From Convolutriloba macropyga (Eukaryota): 64,000 bases of DNA. The position numbers and the translations under genes are program-made. The stretch lies in contig NW_027451014.1 of the NCBI RefSeq assembly GCF_964194025.1, positions 1 to 64,000 of the forward strand. The letters run 5' to 3'. The notes below the pieces were generated by a model. It searched no databases, was not told the origin of the DNA, and was given only the letters and a program-made list of their open reading frames with translations. This document shows, one piece after another, positions 46,668-57,395 of this stretch. Every line of letters starts with the position of its first letter. Within the stretch, counting starts at the first letter, position 1.

Positions 46668-47744
46668 TTAATACTTTGTGACGCCCCCTCTAGCATCTAT
46701 GCATGCTTGCACTCGGTTTGGGATGGAGTTGTAGAATTTCATGAGTGTCTCATGGGGCATGTTGTCCCATTCTTCTTGCAGCGCATTTTGGAAATTTTGT
46801 TTTGTGAGCCCTGGGCTGTTGTTCACTTTCTTGGCTACCCAGCCCCATACATTCTCAATCCAGCTGAGATCGGGGCTTTTGGCAGGCCAATCTAGTACCT
46901 TGAAGTCTTCTTGCTCAGATAGCCACCTAGTAACCTTCTTGGCAGTGTGGGCCTTGGCATTGTCTTGCTGCCAGACCCAATAAGCACCCATCCTGGCCCT
47001 GCTTGTGTGGGGCATCCTGGGCCTCATGAGTTCCCTGGCTGCTGGGATGAGCTTCTCCTTCAAGAGATCCAAGTACACCGTTGCATTCACGCCTTTGGAG
47101 TCCGCATGCATGCCTGTGGTCCCCACAGTGGCAAACAGGGGGCTCTTTCCATACTTGGTCACCACTGCATAGGCATGCACCTTGAAGCTGTGAGTTTCTG
47201 CAGCAATTACTGGTGGCTCTTCTCCATACATCACCCACACCTTGTCCCCAGGGCCACGAGATACAAGCCAGAAGTTCTTGCTGTCACTGATAGCCGTGTC
47301 TTCCCATGGGCTATTGCCATACAAGCCTTGCATCTCGATGCAAAACTGCTCCCTGGCTGTCTTGTGTTGTTCAGTCAGAGTTGGCTTCTTTTTGGGCTTC
47401 ATACGCTGCCCCATGTGCTTTCGAATGAACTTTCTGATAGACTCTGCACTCGCTTCAATGCCCAGGCTGTCCCTCACGCGATTAGCGATGATAGAGCACG
47501 CCAATTGTTGACGGACGCCGTCCTCCACCAGCTGCATTAGCTCAGGGTTGGTTGCTGCCAGCTTGGCAGGCCTCCCAACCCGCTTACTGTCCTGCACGTC
47601 TTGGGTGAGCCTGTGACGCTGCACCCATTTCTTGACTGTCTTGACTCCGCATTTGTGCTTACGTGCCACTTGCTTGAAGTTGCCAAGCTGTTCGTAGCTC
47701 AAAACTAGCCGCCATCGCTTGGCGACACTCGTAGGAGAGCGCAT
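46668..47744 (-). CDS. DD35E transposase T16
   Basis: One substitution (NNRPG to NNSPG). Confidence 0.95.
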   Translation of the reverse strand: MRSPTSVAKRWRLVLSYEQLGNFKQVARKHKCGVKTVKKWVQRHRLTQDVQDSKRVGRPAKLAATNPELMQLVEDGVRQQLACSIIANRVRDSLGIEASAESIRKFIRKHMGQRMKPKKKPTLTEQHKTAREQFCIEMQGLYGNSPWEDTAISDSKNFWLVSRGPGDKVWVMYGEEPPVIAAETHSFKVHAYAVVTKYGKSPLFATVGTTGMHADSKGVNATVYLDLLKEKLIPAARELMRPRMPHTSRARMGAYWVWQQDNAKAHTAKKVTRWLSEQEDFKVLDWPAKSPDLSWIENVWGWVAKKVNNSPGLTKQNFQNALQEEWDNMPHETLMKFYNSIPNRVQACIDARGGVTKY

Positions 47745-48008
47745 GGTGAAGCGCACAGCAAAATACAGTATGAGCCCACCCCAGAAGTTTGAGCTATATT
47801 TAGAAATTGTGGAGAATTCACTGCCTCAAGGCCTTTGGCCAGTCAGGAAGCATTAAGTGGCATCATAGAACCACACGTCAGCATTAAAACGTACCAACGT
47901 ACCACTGATAATCCTTTGTTCTTTTGCCCCACTGTGGGGCAGTAGTTTCCCAACCAGATTCACATACATAGGAGTTTACAGTGCTTTAACCCAGTTGCAT
48001 TCTTGGGC

Positions 48009-49085
48009 TTAATACTTTGTGACGCCCCCTCTAGCATCTATGCATGCTTGCACTCGGTTTGGGATGGAGTTGTAGAATTTCATGAGTGTCTCATGGGGCA
48101 TGTTGTCCCATTCTTCTTGCAGCGCATTTTGGAAATTTTGTTTTGTGAGCCCTGGTCTGTTGTTCACTTTCTTGGCTACCCAGCCCCATACATTCTCAAT
48201 CCAGCTGAGATCGGGGCTTTTGGCAGGCCAATCTAGTACCTTGAAGTCTTCTTGCTCAGATAGCCACCTAGTAACCTTCTTGGCAGTGTGGGCCTTGGCA
48301 TTGTCTTGCTGCCAGACCCAATAAGCACCCATCCTGGCCCTGCTTGTGTGGGGCATCCTGGGCCTCATGAGTTCCCTGGCTGCTGGGATGAGCTTCTCCT
48401 TCAAGAGATCCAAGTACACCGTTGCATTCACGCCTTTGGAGTCCGCATGCATGCCTGTGGTCCCCACAGTGGCAAACAGGGGGCTCTTTCCATACTTGGT
48501 CACCACTGCATAGGCATGCACCTTGAAGCTGTGAGTTTCTGCAGCAATTACTGGTGGCTCTTCTCCATACATCACCCACACCTTGTCCCCAGGGCCACGA
48601 GATACAAGCCAGAAGTTCTTGCTGTCACTGATAGCCGTGTCTTCCCATGGGCTATTGCCATACAAGCCTTGCATCTCGATGCAAAACTGCTCCCTGGCTG
48701 TCTTGTGTTGTTCAGTCAGAGTTGGCTTCTTTTTGGGCTTCATACGCTGCCCCATGTGCTTTCGAATGAACTTTCTGATAGACTCTGCACTCGCTTCAAT
48801 GCCCAGGCTGTCCCTCACGCGATTAGCGATGATAGAGCACGCCAATTGTTGACGGACGCCGTCCTCCACCAGCTGCATTAGCTCAGGGTTGGTTGCTGCC
48901 AGCTTGGCAGGCGTCCCAACCCGCTTACTGTCCTGCACGTCTTGGGTGAGCCTGTGACGCTGCACCCATTTCTTGACTGTCTTGACTCCGCATTTGTGCT
49001 TACGTGCCACTTGCTTGAAGTTGCCAAGCTGTTCGTAGCTCAAAACTAGCCGCCATCGCTTGGCGACACTCGTAGGAGAGCGCAT
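48009..49085 (-). CDS. DD35E transposase T17
   Basis: One substitution in the GRP motif (GRP to GTP). Confidence 0.95.
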   Translation of the reverse strand: MRSPTSVAKRWRLVLSYEQLGNFKQVARKHKCGVKTVKKWVQRHRLTQDVQDSKRVGTPAKLAATNPELMQLVEDGVRQQLACSIIANRVRDSLGIEASAESIRKFIRKHMGQRMKPKKKPTLTEQHKTAREQFCIEMQGLYGNSPWEDTAISDSKNFWLVSRGPGDKVWVMYGEEPPVIAAETHSFKVHAYAVVTKYGKSPLFATVGTTGMHADSKGVNATVYLDLLKEKLIPAARELMRPRMPHTSRARMGAYWVWQQDNAKAHTAKKVTRWLSEQEDFKVLDWPAKSPDLSWIENVWGWVAKKVNNRPGLTKQNFQNALQEEWDNMPHETLMKFYNSIPNRVQACIDARGGVTKY

Positions 49086-49349
49086 GGTGAAGCGCACAGC
49101 AAAATACAGTATGAGCCCACCCCAGAAGTTTGAGCTATATTTAGAAATTGTGGAGAATTCACTGCCTCAAGGCCTTTGGCCAGTCAGGAAGCATTAAGTG
49201 GCATCATAGAACCACACGTCAGCATTAAAACGTACCAACGTACCACTGATAATCCTTTGTTCTTTTGCCCCACTGTGGGGCAGTAGTTTCCCAACCAGAT
49301 TCACATACATAGGAGTTTACAGTGCTTTAACCCAGTTGCATTCTTGGGC

Positions 49350-50426
49350 TTAATACTTTGTGACGCCCCCTCTAGCATCTATGCATGCTTGCACTCGGTT
49401 TGGGATGGAGTTGTAGAATTTCATGAGTGTCTCATGGGGCATGTTGTCCCATTCTTCTTGCAGCGCATTTTGGAAATTTTGTTTTGTGAGCCCTGGTCTG
49501 TTGTTCACTTTCTTGGCTACCCAGCCCCATACATTCTCAATCCAGCTGAGATCGGGGCTTTTGGCAGGCCAATCTAGTACCTTGAAGTCTTCTTGCTCAG
49601 ATAGCCACCTAGTAACCTTCTTGGCAGTGTGGGCCTTGGCATTGTCTTGCTGCCAGACCCAATAAGCACCCATCCTGGCCCTGCTTGTGTGGGGCATCCT
49701 GGGCCTCATGAGTTCCCTGGCTGCTGGGATGAGCTTCTCCTTCAAGAGATCCAAGTACACCGTTGCATTCACGCCTTTGGAGTCCGCATGCATGCCTGTG
49801 GTCCCCACAGTGGCAAACAGGGGGCTCTTTCCATACTTGGTCACCACTGCATAGGCATGCACCTTGAAGCTGTGAGTTTCTGCAGCAATTACTGGTGGCT
49901 CTTCTCCATACATCACCCACACCTTGTCCCCAGGGCCACGAGATACAAGCCAGAAGTTCTTGCTGTCACTGATAGCCGTGTCTTCCCATGGGCTATTGCC
50001 ATACAAGCCTTGCATCTCGATGCAAAACTGCTCCCTGGCTGTCTTGTGTTGTTCAGTCAGAGTTGGCTTCTTTTTGGGCTTCATACGCTGCCCCATGTGC
50101 TTTCGAATGAACTTTCTGATAGACTCTGCACTCGCTTCAATGCCCAGGCTGTCCCTCACGCGATTAGCGATGATAGAGCACGCCAATTGTTGACGGACGC
50201 CGTCCTCCACCAGCTGCATTAGCTCAGGGTTGGTTGCTGCCAGCTTGGCAGGCCTCCCAACCCGCTTACTGTCCTGCACGTCTTGGGTGAGCCTGTGACG
50301 CTGCACCCATTTCTTGACTGTCTTGACTCCGCATTTGTGCTTACGTGCCACTTGCTTGAAGTTGCCAAGCTGTTCGTAGCTCAAAACTAGCCGCCATCGC
50401 TTGGCGACACTCGTAGGAGAGCGCAT
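49350..50426 (-). CDS. DD35E transposase T18
   Basis: Protein identical to T1. Confidence 0.95.
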   Translation of the reverse strand: MRSPTSVAKRWRLVLSYEQLGNFKQVARKHKCGVKTVKKWVQRHRLTQDVQDSKRVGRPAKLAATNPELMQLVEDGVRQQLACSIIANRVRDSLGIEASAESIRKFIRKHMGQRMKPKKKPTLTEQHKTAREQFCIEMQGLYGNSPWEDTAISDSKNFWLVSRGPGDKVWVMYGEEPPVIAAETHSFKVHAYAVVTKYGKSPLFATVGTTGMHADSKGVNATVYLDLLKEKLIPAARELMRPRMPHTSRARMGAYWVWQQDNAKAHTAKKVTRWLSEQEDFKVLDWPAKSPDLSWIENVWGWVAKKVNNRPGLTKQNFQNALQEEWDNMPHETLMKFYNSIPNRVQACIDARGGVTKY

Positions 50427-50690
50427 GGTGAAGCGCACAGCAAAATACAGTATGAGCCCACCCCAGAAGTTTGAGCTATATTTAGAAATTGTGGAGAATT
50501 CACTGCCTCAAGGCCTTTGGCCAGTCAGGAAGCATTACGTGGCATCATAGAACCACACGTCAGCATTAAAACGTACCAACGTACCACTGATAATCCTTTG
50601 TTCTTTTGCCCCACTGTGGGGCAGTAGTTTCCCCACCAGATTCACATACATAGGAGTTTACAGTGCTTTAACCCAGTTGCATTCTTGGGC

Positions 50691-51767
50691 TTAATACTTT
50701 GTGACGCCCCCTCTAGCATCTATGCATGCTTGCACTCGGTTTGGGATGGAGTTGTAGAATTTCATGAGTGTCTCATGGGGCATGTTGTCCCATTCTTCTT
50801 GCAGCGCATTTTGGAAATTTTGTTTTGTGAGCCCTGGTCTGTTGTTCACTTTCTTGGCTACCCAGCCCCATACATTCTCAATCCAGCTGAGATCGGGGCT
50901 TTTGGCAGGCCAATCTAGTACCTTGAAGTCTTCTTGCTCAGATAGCCACCTAGTAACCTTCTTGGCAGTGTGGGCCTTGGCATTGTCTTGCTGCCAGACC
51001 CAATAAGCACCCATCCTGGCCCTGCTTGTGTGGGGCATCCTGGGCCTCATGAGTTCCCTGGCTGCTGGGATGAGCTTCTCCTTCAAGAGATCCAAGTACA
51101 CCGTTGCATTCACGCCTTTGGAGTCCGCATGCATGCCTGTGGTCCCCACAGTGGCAAACAGGGGGCTCTTTCCATACTTGGTCACCACTGCATAGGCATG
51201 CACCTTGAAGCTGTGAGTTTCTGCAGCAATTACTGGTGGCTCTTCTCCATACATCACCCACACCTTGTCCCCAGGGCCACGAGATACAAGCCAGAAGTTC
51301 TTGCTGTCACTGATAGCCGTGTCTTCCCATGGGCTATTGCCATACAAGCCTTGCATCTCGATGCAAAACTGCTCCCTGGCTGTCTTGTGTTGTTCAGTCA
51401 GAGTTGGCTTCTTTTTGGGCTTCATACGCTGCCCCATGTGCTTTCGAATGAACTTTCTGATAGACTCTGCACTCGCTTCAATGCCCAGGCTGTCCCTCAC
51501 GCGATTAGCGATGATAGAGCACGCCAATTGTTGACGGACGCCGTCCTCCACCAGCTGCATTAGCTCAGGGTTGGTTGCTGCCAGCTTGGCAGGCCTCCCA
51601 ACCCGCTTACTGTCCTGCACGTCTTGGGTGAGCCTGTGACGCTGCACCCATTTCTTGACTGTCTTGACTCCGCATTTGTGCTTACGTGCCACTTGCTTGA
51701 AGTTGCCAAGCTGTTCGTAGCTCAAAACTAGCCGCCATCGCTTGGCGACACTCGTAGGAGAGCGCAT
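50691..51767 (-). CDS. DD35E transposase T19
   Basis: Protein identical to T1. Confidence 0.95.
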   Translation of the reverse strand: MRSPTSVAKRWRLVLSYEQLGNFKQVARKHKCGVKTVKKWVQRHRLTQDVQDSKRVGRPAKLAATNPELMQLVEDGVRQQLACSIIANRVRDSLGIEASAESIRKFIRKHMGQRMKPKKKPTLTEQHKTAREQFCIEMQGLYGNSPWEDTAISDSKNFWLVSRGPGDKVWVMYGEEPPVIAAETHSFKVHAYAVVTKYGKSPLFATVGTTGMHADSKGVNATVYLDLLKEKLIPAARELMRPRMPHTSRARMGAYWVWQQDNAKAHTAKKVTRWLSEQEDFKVLDWPAKSPDLSWIENVWGWVAKKVNNRPGLTKQNFQNALQEEWDNMPHETLMKFYNSIPNRVQACIDARGGVTKY

Positions 51768-52031
51768 GGTGAAGCGCACAGCAAAATACAGTATGAGCCC
51801 ACCCCAGAAGTTTGAGCTATATTTAGAAATTGTGGAGAATTCACTGCCTCAAGGCCTTTGGCCAGTCAGGAAGCATTAAGTGGCATCATAGAACCACACG
51901 TCAGCATTAAAACGTACCAACGTACCACTGATAATCCTTTGTTCTTTTGCCCCACTGTGGGGCAGTAGTTTCCCCACCAGATTCACATACATAGGAGTTT
52001 ACAGTGCTTTAACCCAGTTGCATTCTTGGGC

Positions 52032-53108
52032 TTAATACTTTGTGACGCCCCCTCTAGCATCTATGCATGCTTGCACTCGGTTTGGGATGGAGTTGTAGAA
52101 TTTCATGAGTGTCTCATGGGGCATGTTGTCCCATTCTTCTTGCAGCGCATTTTGGAAATTTTGTTTTGTGAGCCCTGGTCTGTTGTTCACTTTCTTGGCT
52201 ACCCAGCCCCATACATTCTCAATCCAGCTGAGATCGGGGCTTTTGGCAGGCCAATCTAGTACCTTGAAGTCTTCTTGCTCAGATAGCCACCTAGTAACCT
52301 TCTTGGCAGTGTGGGCCTTGGCATTGTCTTGCTGCCAGACCCAATAAGCACCCATCCTGGCCCTGCTTGTGTGGGGCATCCTGGGCCTCATGAGTTCCCT
52401 GGCTGCTGGGATGAGCTTCTCCTTCAAGAGATCCAAGTACACCGTTGCATTCACGCCTTTGGAGTCCGCATGCATGCCTGTGGTCCCCACAGTGGCAAAC
52501 AGGGGGCTCTTTCCATACTTGGTCACCACTGCATAGGCATGCACCTTGAAGCTGTGAGTTTCTGCAGCAATTACTGGTGGCTCTTCTCCATACATCACCC
52601 ACACCTTGTCCCCAGGGCCACGAGATACAAGCCAGAAGTTCTTGCTGTCACTGATAGCCGTGTCTTCCCATGGGCTATTGCCATACAAGCCTTGCATCTC
52701 GATGCAAAACTGCTCCCTGGCTGTCTTGTGTTGTTCAGTCAGAGTTGGCTTCTTTTTGGGCTTCATACGCTGCCCCATGTGCTTTCGAATGAACTTTCTG
52801 ATAGACTCTGCACTCGCTTCAATGCCCAGGCTGTCCCTCACGCGATTAGCGATGATAGAGCACGCCAATTGTTGACGGACGCCGTCCTCCACCAGCTGCA
52901 TTAGCTCAGGGTTGGTTGCTGCCAGCTTGGCAGGCCTCCCAACCCGCTTACTGTCCTGCACGTCTTGGGTGAGCCTGTGACGCTGCACCCATTTCTTGAC
53001 TGTCTTGACTCCGCATTTGTGCTTACGTGCCACTTGCTTGAAGTTGCCAAGCTGTTCGTAGCTCAAAACTAGCCGCCATCGCTTGGCGACACTCGTAGGA
53101 GAGCGCAT
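52032..53108 (-). CDS. DD35E transposase T20
   Basis: Protein identical to T1. Confidence 0.95.
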   Translation of the reverse strand: MRSPTSVAKRWRLVLSYEQLGNFKQVARKHKCGVKTVKKWVQRHRLTQDVQDSKRVGRPAKLAATNPELMQLVEDGVRQQLACSIIANRVRDSLGIEASAESIRKFIRKHMGQRMKPKKKPTLTEQHKTAREQFCIEMQGLYGNSPWEDTAISDSKNFWLVSRGPGDKVWVMYGEEPPVIAAETHSFKVHAYAVVTKYGKSPLFATVGTTGMHADSKGVNATVYLDLLKEKLIPAARELMRPRMPHTSRARMGAYWVWQQDNAKAHTAKKVTRWLSEQEDFKVLDWPAKSPDLSWIENVWGWVAKKVNNRPGLTKQNFQNALQEEWDNMPHETLMKFYNSIPNRVQACIDARGGVTKY

Positions 53109-53372
53109 GGTGAAGCGCACAGCAAAATACAGTATGAGCCCACCCCAGAAGTTTGAGCTATATTTAGAAATTGTGGAGAATTCACTGCCTCAAGGCCTTT
53201 GGCCAGTCAGGAAGCATTAAGTGGCATCATAGAACCACACGTCAGCATTAAAACGTACCAACGTACCACTGATAATCCTTTGTTCTTTTGCCCCACTGTG
53301 GGGCAGTAGTTTCCCCACCAGATTCACATACATAGGAGTTTACAGTGCTTTAACCCAGTTGCATTCTTGGGC

Positions 53373-54449
53373 TTAATACTTTGTGACGCCCCCTCTAGCA
53401 TCTATGCATGCTTGCACTCGGTTTGGGATGGAGTTGTAGAATTTCATGAGTGTCTCATGGGGCATGTTGTCCCATTCTTCTTGCAGCGCATTTTGGAAAT
53501 TTTGTTTTGTGAGCCCTGGTCTGTTGTTCACTTTCTTGGCTACCCAGCCCCATACATTCTCAATCCAGCTGAGATCGGGGCTTTTGGCAGGCCAATCTAG
53601 TACCTTGAAGTCTTCTTGCTCAGATAGCCACCTAGTAACCTTCTTGGCAGTGTGGGCCTTGGCATTGTCTTGCTGCCAGACCCAATAAGCACCCATCCTG
53701 GCCCTGCTTGTGTGGGGCATCCTGGGCCTCATGAGTTCCCTGGCTGCTGGGATGAGCTTCTCCTTCAAGAGATCCAAGTACACCGTTGCATTCACGCCTT
53801 TGGAGTCCGCATGCATGCCTGTGGTCCCCACAGTGGCAAACAGGGGGCTCTTTCCATACTTGGTCACCACTGCATAGGCATGCACCTTGAAGCTGTGAGT
53901 TTCTGCAGCAATTACTGGTGGCTCTTCTCCATACATCACCCACACCTTGTCCCCAGGGCCACGAGATACAAGCCAGAAGTTCTTGCTGTCACTGATAGCC
54001 GTGTCTTCCCATGGGCTATTGCCATACAAGCCTTGCATCTCGATGCAAAACTGCTCCCTGGCTGTCTTGTGTTGTTCAGTCAGAGTTGGCTTCTTTTTGG
54101 GCTTCATACGCTGCCCCATGTGCTTTCGAATGAACTTTCTGATAGACTCTGCACTCGCTTCAATGCCCAGGCTGTCCCTCACGCGATTAGCGATGATAGA
54201 GCACGCCAATTGTTGACGGACGCCGTCCTCCACCAGCTGCATTAGCTCAGGGTTGGTTGCTGCCAGCTTGGCAGGCCTCCCAACCCGCTTACTGTCCTGC
54301 ACGTCTTGGGTGAGCCTGTGACGCTGCACCCATTTCTTGACTGTCTTGACTCCGCATTTGTGCTTACGTGCCACTTGCTTGAAGTTGCCAAGCTGTTCGT
54401 AGCTCAAAACTAGCCGCCATCGCTTGGCGACACTCGTAGGAGAGCGCAT
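53373..54449 (-). CDS. DD35E transposase T21
   Basis: Protein identical to T1. Confidence 0.95.
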   Translation of the reverse strand: MRSPTSVAKRWRLVLSYEQLGNFKQVARKHKCGVKTVKKWVQRHRLTQDVQDSKRVGRPAKLAATNPELMQLVEDGVRQQLACSIIANRVRDSLGIEASAESIRKFIRKHMGQRMKPKKKPTLTEQHKTAREQFCIEMQGLYGNSPWEDTAISDSKNFWLVSRGPGDKVWVMYGEEPPVIAAETHSFKVHAYAVVTKYGKSPLFATVGTTGMHADSKGVNATVYLDLLKEKLIPAARELMRPRMPHTSRARMGAYWVWQQDNAKAHTAKKVTRWLSEQEDFKVLDWPAKSPDLSWIENVWGWVAKKVNNRPGLTKQNFQNALQEEWDNMPHETLMKFYNSIPNRVQACIDARGGVTKY

Positions 54450-54713
54450 GGTGAAGCGCACAGCAAAATACAGTATGAGCCCACCCCAGAAGTTTGAGCT
54501 ATATTTAGAAATTGTGGAGAATTCACTGCCTCAAGGCCTTTGGCCAGTCAGGAAGCATTAAGTGGCATCATAGAACCACACGTCAGCATTAAAACGTACC
54601 AACGTACCACTGATAATCCTTTGTTCTTTTGCCCCACTGTGGGGCAGTAGTTTCCCCACCAGATTCACATACATAGGAGTTTACAGTGCTTTAACCCAGT
54701 TGCATTCTTGGGC

Positions 54714-55790
54714 TTAATACTTTGTGACGCCCCCTCTAGCATCTATGCATGCTTGCACTCGGTTTGGGATGGAGTTGTAGAATTTCATGAGTGTCTCATG
54801 GGGCATGTTGTCCCATTCTTCTTGCAGCGCATTTTGGAAATTTTGTTTTGTGAGCCCTGGTCTGTTGTTCACTTTCTTGGCTACCCAGCCCCATACATTC
54901 TCAATCCAGCTGAGATCGGGGCTTTTGGCAGGCCAATCTAGTACCTTGAAGTCTTCTTGCTCAGATAGCCACCTAGTAACCTTCTTGGCAGTGTGGGCCT
55001 TGGCATTGTCTTGCTGCCAGACCCAATAAGCACCCATCCTGGCCCTGCTTGTGTGGGGCATCCTGGGCCTCATGAGTTCCCTGGCTGCTGGGATGAGCTT
55101 CTCCTTCAAGAGATCCAAGTACACCGTTGCATTCACGCCTTTGGAGTCCGCATGCATGCCTGTGGTCCCCACAGTGGCAAACAGGGGGCTCTTTCCATAC
55201 TTGGTCACCACTGCATAGGCATGCACCTTGAAGCTGTGAGTTTCTGCAGCAATTACTGGTGGCTCTTCTCCATACATCACCCACACCTTGTCCCCAGGGC
55301 CACGAGATACAAGCCAGAAGTTCTTGCTGTCACTGATAGCCGTGTCTTCCCATGGGCTATTGCCATACAAGCCTTGCATCTCGATGCAAAACTGCTCCCT
55401 GGCTGTCTTGTGTTGTTCAGTCAGAGTTGGCTTCTTTTTGGGCTTCATACGCTGCCCCATGTGCTTTCGAATGAACTTTCTGATAGACTCTGCACTCGCT
55501 TCAATGCCCAGGCTGTCCCTCACGCGATTAGCGATGATAGAGCACGCCAATTGTTGACGGACGCCGTCCTCCACCAGCTGCATTAGCTCAGGGTTGGTTG
55601 CTGCCAGCTTGGCAGGCCTCCCAACCCGCTTACTGTCCTGCACGTCTTGGGTGAGCCTGTGACGCTGCACCCATTTCTTGACTGTCTTGACTCCGCATTT
55701 GTGCTTACGTGCCACTTGCTTGAAGTTGCCAAGCTGTTCGTAGCTCAAAACTAGCCGCCATCGCTTGGCGACACTCGTAGGAGAGCGCAT
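54714..55790 (-). CDS. DD35E transposase T22
   Basis: Protein identical to T1. Confidence 0.95.
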   Translation of the reverse strand: MRSPTSVAKRWRLVLSYEQLGNFKQVARKHKCGVKTVKKWVQRHRLTQDVQDSKRVGRPAKLAATNPELMQLVEDGVRQQLACSIIANRVRDSLGIEASAESIRKFIRKHMGQRMKPKKKPTLTEQHKTAREQFCIEMQGLYGNSPWEDTAISDSKNFWLVSRGPGDKVWVMYGEEPPVIAAETHSFKVHAYAVVTKYGKSPLFATVGTTGMHADSKGVNATVYLDLLKEKLIPAARELMRPRMPHTSRARMGAYWVWQQDNAKAHTAKKVTRWLSEQEDFKVLDWPAKSPDLSWIENVWGWVAKKVNNRPGLTKQNFQNALQEEWDNMPHETLMKFYNSIPNRVQACIDARGGVTKY

Positions 55791-56054
55791 GGTGAAGCGC
55801 ACAGCAAAATACAGTATGAGCCCACCCCAGAAGTTTGAGCTATATTTAGAAATTGTGGAGAATTCACTGCCTCAAGGCCTTTGGCCAGTCAGGAAGCATT
55901 AAGTGGCATCATAGAACCACACGTCAGCATTAAAACGTACCAACGTACCACTGATAATCCTTTGTTCTTTTGCCCCACTGTGGGGCAGTAGTTTCCCCAC
56001 CAGATTCACATACATAGGAGTTTACAGTGCTTTAACCCAGTTGCATTCTTGGGC

Positions 56055-57131
56055 TTAATACTTTGTGACGCCCCCTCTAGCATCTATGCATGCTTGCACT
56101 CGGTTTGGGATGGAGTTGTAGAATTTCATGAGTGTCTCATGGGGCATGTTGTCCCATTCTTCTTGCAGCGCATTTTGGAAATTTTGTTTTGTGAGCCCTG
56201 GTCTGTTGTTCACTTTCTTGGCTACCCAGCCCCATACATTCTCAATCCAGCTGAGATCGGGGCTTTTGGCAGGCCAATCTAGTACCTTGAAGTCTTCTTG
56301 CTCAGATAGCCACCTAGTAACCTTCTTGGCAGTGTGGGCCTTGGCATTGTCTTGCTGCCAGACCCAATAAGCACCCATCCTGGCCCTGCTTGTGTGGGGC
56401 ATCCTGGGCCTCATGAGTTCCCTGGCTGCTGGGATGAGCTTCTCCTTCAAGAGATCCAAGTACACCGTTGCATTCACGCCTTTGGAGTCCGCATGCATGC
56501 CTGTGGTCCCCACAGTGGCAAACAGGGGGCTCTTTCCATACTTGGTCACCACTGCATAGGCATGCACCTTGAAGCTGTGAGTTTCTGCAGCAATTACTGG
56601 TGGCTCTTCTCCATACATCACCCACACCTTGTCCCCAGGGCCACGAGATACAAGCCAGAAGTTCTTGCTGTCACTGATAGCCGTGTCTTCCCATGGGCTA
56701 TTGCCATACAAGCCTTGCATCTCGATGCAAAACTGCTCCCTGGCTGTCTTGTGTTGTTCAGTCAGAGTTGGCTTCTTTTTGGGCTTCATACGCTGCCCCA
56801 TGTGCTTTCGAATGAACTTTCTGATAGACTCTGCACTCGCTTCAATGCCCAGGCTGTCCCTCACGCGATTAGCGATGATAGAGCACGCCAATTGTTGACG
56901 GACGCCGTCCTCCACCAGCTGCATTAGCTCAGGGTTGGTTGCTGCCAGCTTGGCAGGCCTCCCAACCCGCTTACTGTCCTGCACGTCTTGGGTGAGCCTG
57001 TGACGCTGCACCCATTTCTTGACTGTCTTGACTCCGCATTTGTGCTTACGTGCCACTTGCTTGAAGTTGCCAAGCTGTTCGTAGCTCAAAACTAGCCGCC
57101 ATCGCTTGGCGACACTCGTAGGAGAGCGCAT
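56055..57131 (-). CDS. DD35E transposase T23
   Basis: Protein identical to T1. Confidence 0.95.
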   Translation of the reverse strand: MRSPTSVAKRWRLVLSYEQLGNFKQVARKHKCGVKTVKKWVQRHRLTQDVQDSKRVGRPAKLAATNPELMQLVEDGVRQQLACSIIANRVRDSLGIEASAESIRKFIRKHMGQRMKPKKKPTLTEQHKTAREQFCIEMQGLYGNSPWEDTAISDSKNFWLVSRGPGDKVWVMYGEEPPVIAAETHSFKVHAYAVVTKYGKSPLFATVGTTGMHADSKGVNATVYLDLLKEKLIPAARELMRPRMPHTSRARMGAYWVWQQDNAKAHTAKKVTRWLSEQEDFKVLDWPAKSPDLSWIENVWGWVAKKVNNRPGLTKQNFQNALQEEWDNMPHETLMKFYNSIPNRVQACIDARGGVTKY

Positions 57132-57395
57132 GGTGAAGCGCACAGCAAAATACAGTATGAGCCCACCCCAGAAGTTTGAGCTATATTTAGAAATTGTGGA
57201 GAATTCACTGCCTCAAGGCCTTTGGCCAGTCAGGAAGCATTAAGTGGCATCATAGAACCACACGTCAGCATTAAAACGTACCAACGTACCACTGATAATC
57301 CTTTGTTCTTTTGCCCCACTGTGGGGCAGTAGTTTCCCCACCAGATTCACATACATAGGAGTTTACAGTGCTTTAACCCAGTTGCATTCTTGGGC

